The translations under genes and the position numbers were made by a program. From Octopus bimaculoides (lineage: Eukaryota): a stretch of DNA of 64,000 bases. Positions 62,173 to 64,000 of this stretch are shown here, piece after piece. Numbering within the stretch: the stretch's first letter is position 1; the number at the start of each line of letters is the position of its first letter. The notes beneath the pieces were generated by a model. That model was given only the letters and a program-made list of their open reading frames with translations. It made no database searches and had not been told where the DNA came from. Location of the stretch: assembly GCF_001194135.2 (NCBI RefSeq), contig NC_068987.1, positions 92,426,023 through 92,490,022 of the forward strand. Direction: 5' to 3'.

Positions 62173-62379
62173 AAATCTCATGCGTTGAGCATTTAAGTAG
62201 AAAGGATATATGCAGAGATTTTTTTCTGTGACAAAATCATGTAGCGATTACCTTTAGCGTTGTGGTGTGCAAATGTGTTCTAAAATAAATATACATATAC
62301 GTGTTTTGATCATCACTGTTTTGTGTGGGTATTCTGTCTATGTCTGTCCAGTTATCTATCTATCTATCTATCTATCTAC

Positions 62380-62412
<33 letters not shown>

Positions 62413-63230
62413 ACACGCGCATATGATATGTGTGTGTGTGTGTGTATAATGAGGGTACCATTATTCAATGGTACTGTGAAGGCCGAAAAACTGTAAAAAG
62501 ATTTCAAATTTTAGAATTTGAAAGATTAGTACTGGTTCCCGTGGAAATATGGAAAATTGATCAAAAAATGTAGTCATAACGACAGCTCCATCATGTTCTT
62601 GACGCACAACGTAAAAGTCCCATGCCAATTTCCTATACAGCCACGCATAACCATGCCATTGCAACCACACATATGCTTGTAGTTTCTAAAATATATAGAT
62701 ATAATATCTAATATATATCATATAACTCCTGCCACTTTCCAACCCACTATGTTTTATGCTTTGCAGCAAATTTCTTATCTTTTATACTTCATAACGTTTT
62801 ATTTCTTGCTCCCTGACGTGCAACCATTTTTGTTATTTTAAAATAAGTAAAAAACGGAATAATTAATGAAAATATAAAGAAGTTTGTATTAAAATCACAC
62901 AGGATGCAAGCATCACATACAGAATACATTTGAAAAGGAGGAAGTTATAAAACATAATTTATAAAATGAAGGATGTTGAAATCCATAGAAAAGAAATATA
63001 AATCGTCTCATTCTACCTGCCATGTTTGACTTGATTACAAATAGAAAAAAATTGCGTTACAAATATTGCCGTGCGTTTTGCATATTTTTAAGGCAAATTA
63101 ATACGCACATACACGCACACACACGCAAACACACACACACAGAGACAAACACATACACACAATTGTACATACACACACACATACACATAGAAAGTCAGTT
63201 AGAAGCAGAGAGATGATACATAAATATATA

Positions 63231-63371
63231 GCACAGGTGTGGCTGTGTGGTAAGAAGCTTACTACTCAACCACATGGTTCCCGGTTCAGTCCCACGGCGT
63301 GGCACATTGGGCGGGTGTCTTCTACTATAGCCTCGAGCCGACCAAAGCCTTGTGAGTGGATTTGAAGCCTG

Positions 63372-63438
<67 letters not shown>

Positions 63439-63630
63439 TGTGTGTCTTTGACTGTCCCCACACTATCGCTTGACAACCGATACTGGTGTGTTTACGTGCC
63501 GGTAACCAAGCGGTCTGGCAAAAGTACTACGCCTACAAATAGTAAGTCCTGGGGTGAATTTGTTCGACTAAATGTGGTGCTCCAGCATGGCCGCGGTCAG
63601 ATGACTGACAGAAGTAAAAGAATAAAAGAA
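63231..63630 (+). mobile_element. Full-length OR2-like CORE-SINE
   Basis: tRNA head (GTGGCTGTGTGGTAAGAAGC; GGTTCAGTCCC), CORE-like GTGGCACATTGGGCGGGTGTCTTCTAC, internal CA/TA run, tail CCAGCATGGCCGCGGTCAGATGACTGA...AAAGAATAAAAGAA. Confidence 0.92.
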
Positions 63631-64000
63631 GATACCTTCATTCATATTTGTGTATAAGGATATAAAAATGCATAATTACAATCTGGTGATAATAGGAAAT
63701 ATAAATGTTGTACTTTTCACTTAAAAATAAAGAGTATACCCACATAGAGAAGTGTATATGCATTGATATATAATAACAAGTATATACATGCGCACGCGGC
63801 CACTCGGCCACATACAGCGATCATGCAAAAATGTACATACACCCACTCCACACGCATATATGTGCACAGGAACTGACACACACGACGCAAACATGCACAT
63901 ACACAAACACACACATACATGTATATATATTCATTCATACGTACACCTGCATAATATGAGTTCTGATTTCTAGGTGTATATTTTTGTATATCCGAAGTCA

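Overview
This is AT-rich animal DNA from a gapped draft assembly, with many N-runs that mostly break at (TA)n, (CA)n or (CT)n microsatellites. The SINE families and extreme microsatellite load point to an octopus genome (inference). Most of the window is intronic or intergenic and full of decayed mobile DNA: two tRNA-headed SINE families (CORE-type OR2-like, and Meta-domain type), LINE relics (CR1/L2-group, R4/Dong, RTE, Tx1/L1-like), Penelope-like pieces, and Tc1/mariner derivatives including MITEs. There is no complete long gene, rRNA or CRISPR array. Nearly all long ORFs in the track are artefacts of gaps or microsatellites. The best unexplained signals are: (1) three short, highly diverged paralogous exons that each follow a phase-1 splice acceptor (4398-4588 -, 33061-33227 +, 54034-54242 -) and share an ICF...V-x-[YF]-[IM]-x-F motif at identical spacing, plus a phase-consistent 3-exon model at 45631-47391, together suggesting a local fast-evolving gene family; (2) a 1.1-kb degenerate minisatellite built of overlapping TTCCnGGAA / GGAAnnTTCC palindromes; (3) a tandem duplication that may encode a small secreted Cys-containing peptide; (4) long palindromic elements. 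All gene models are hand-derived and unverified by transcripts or database searches.
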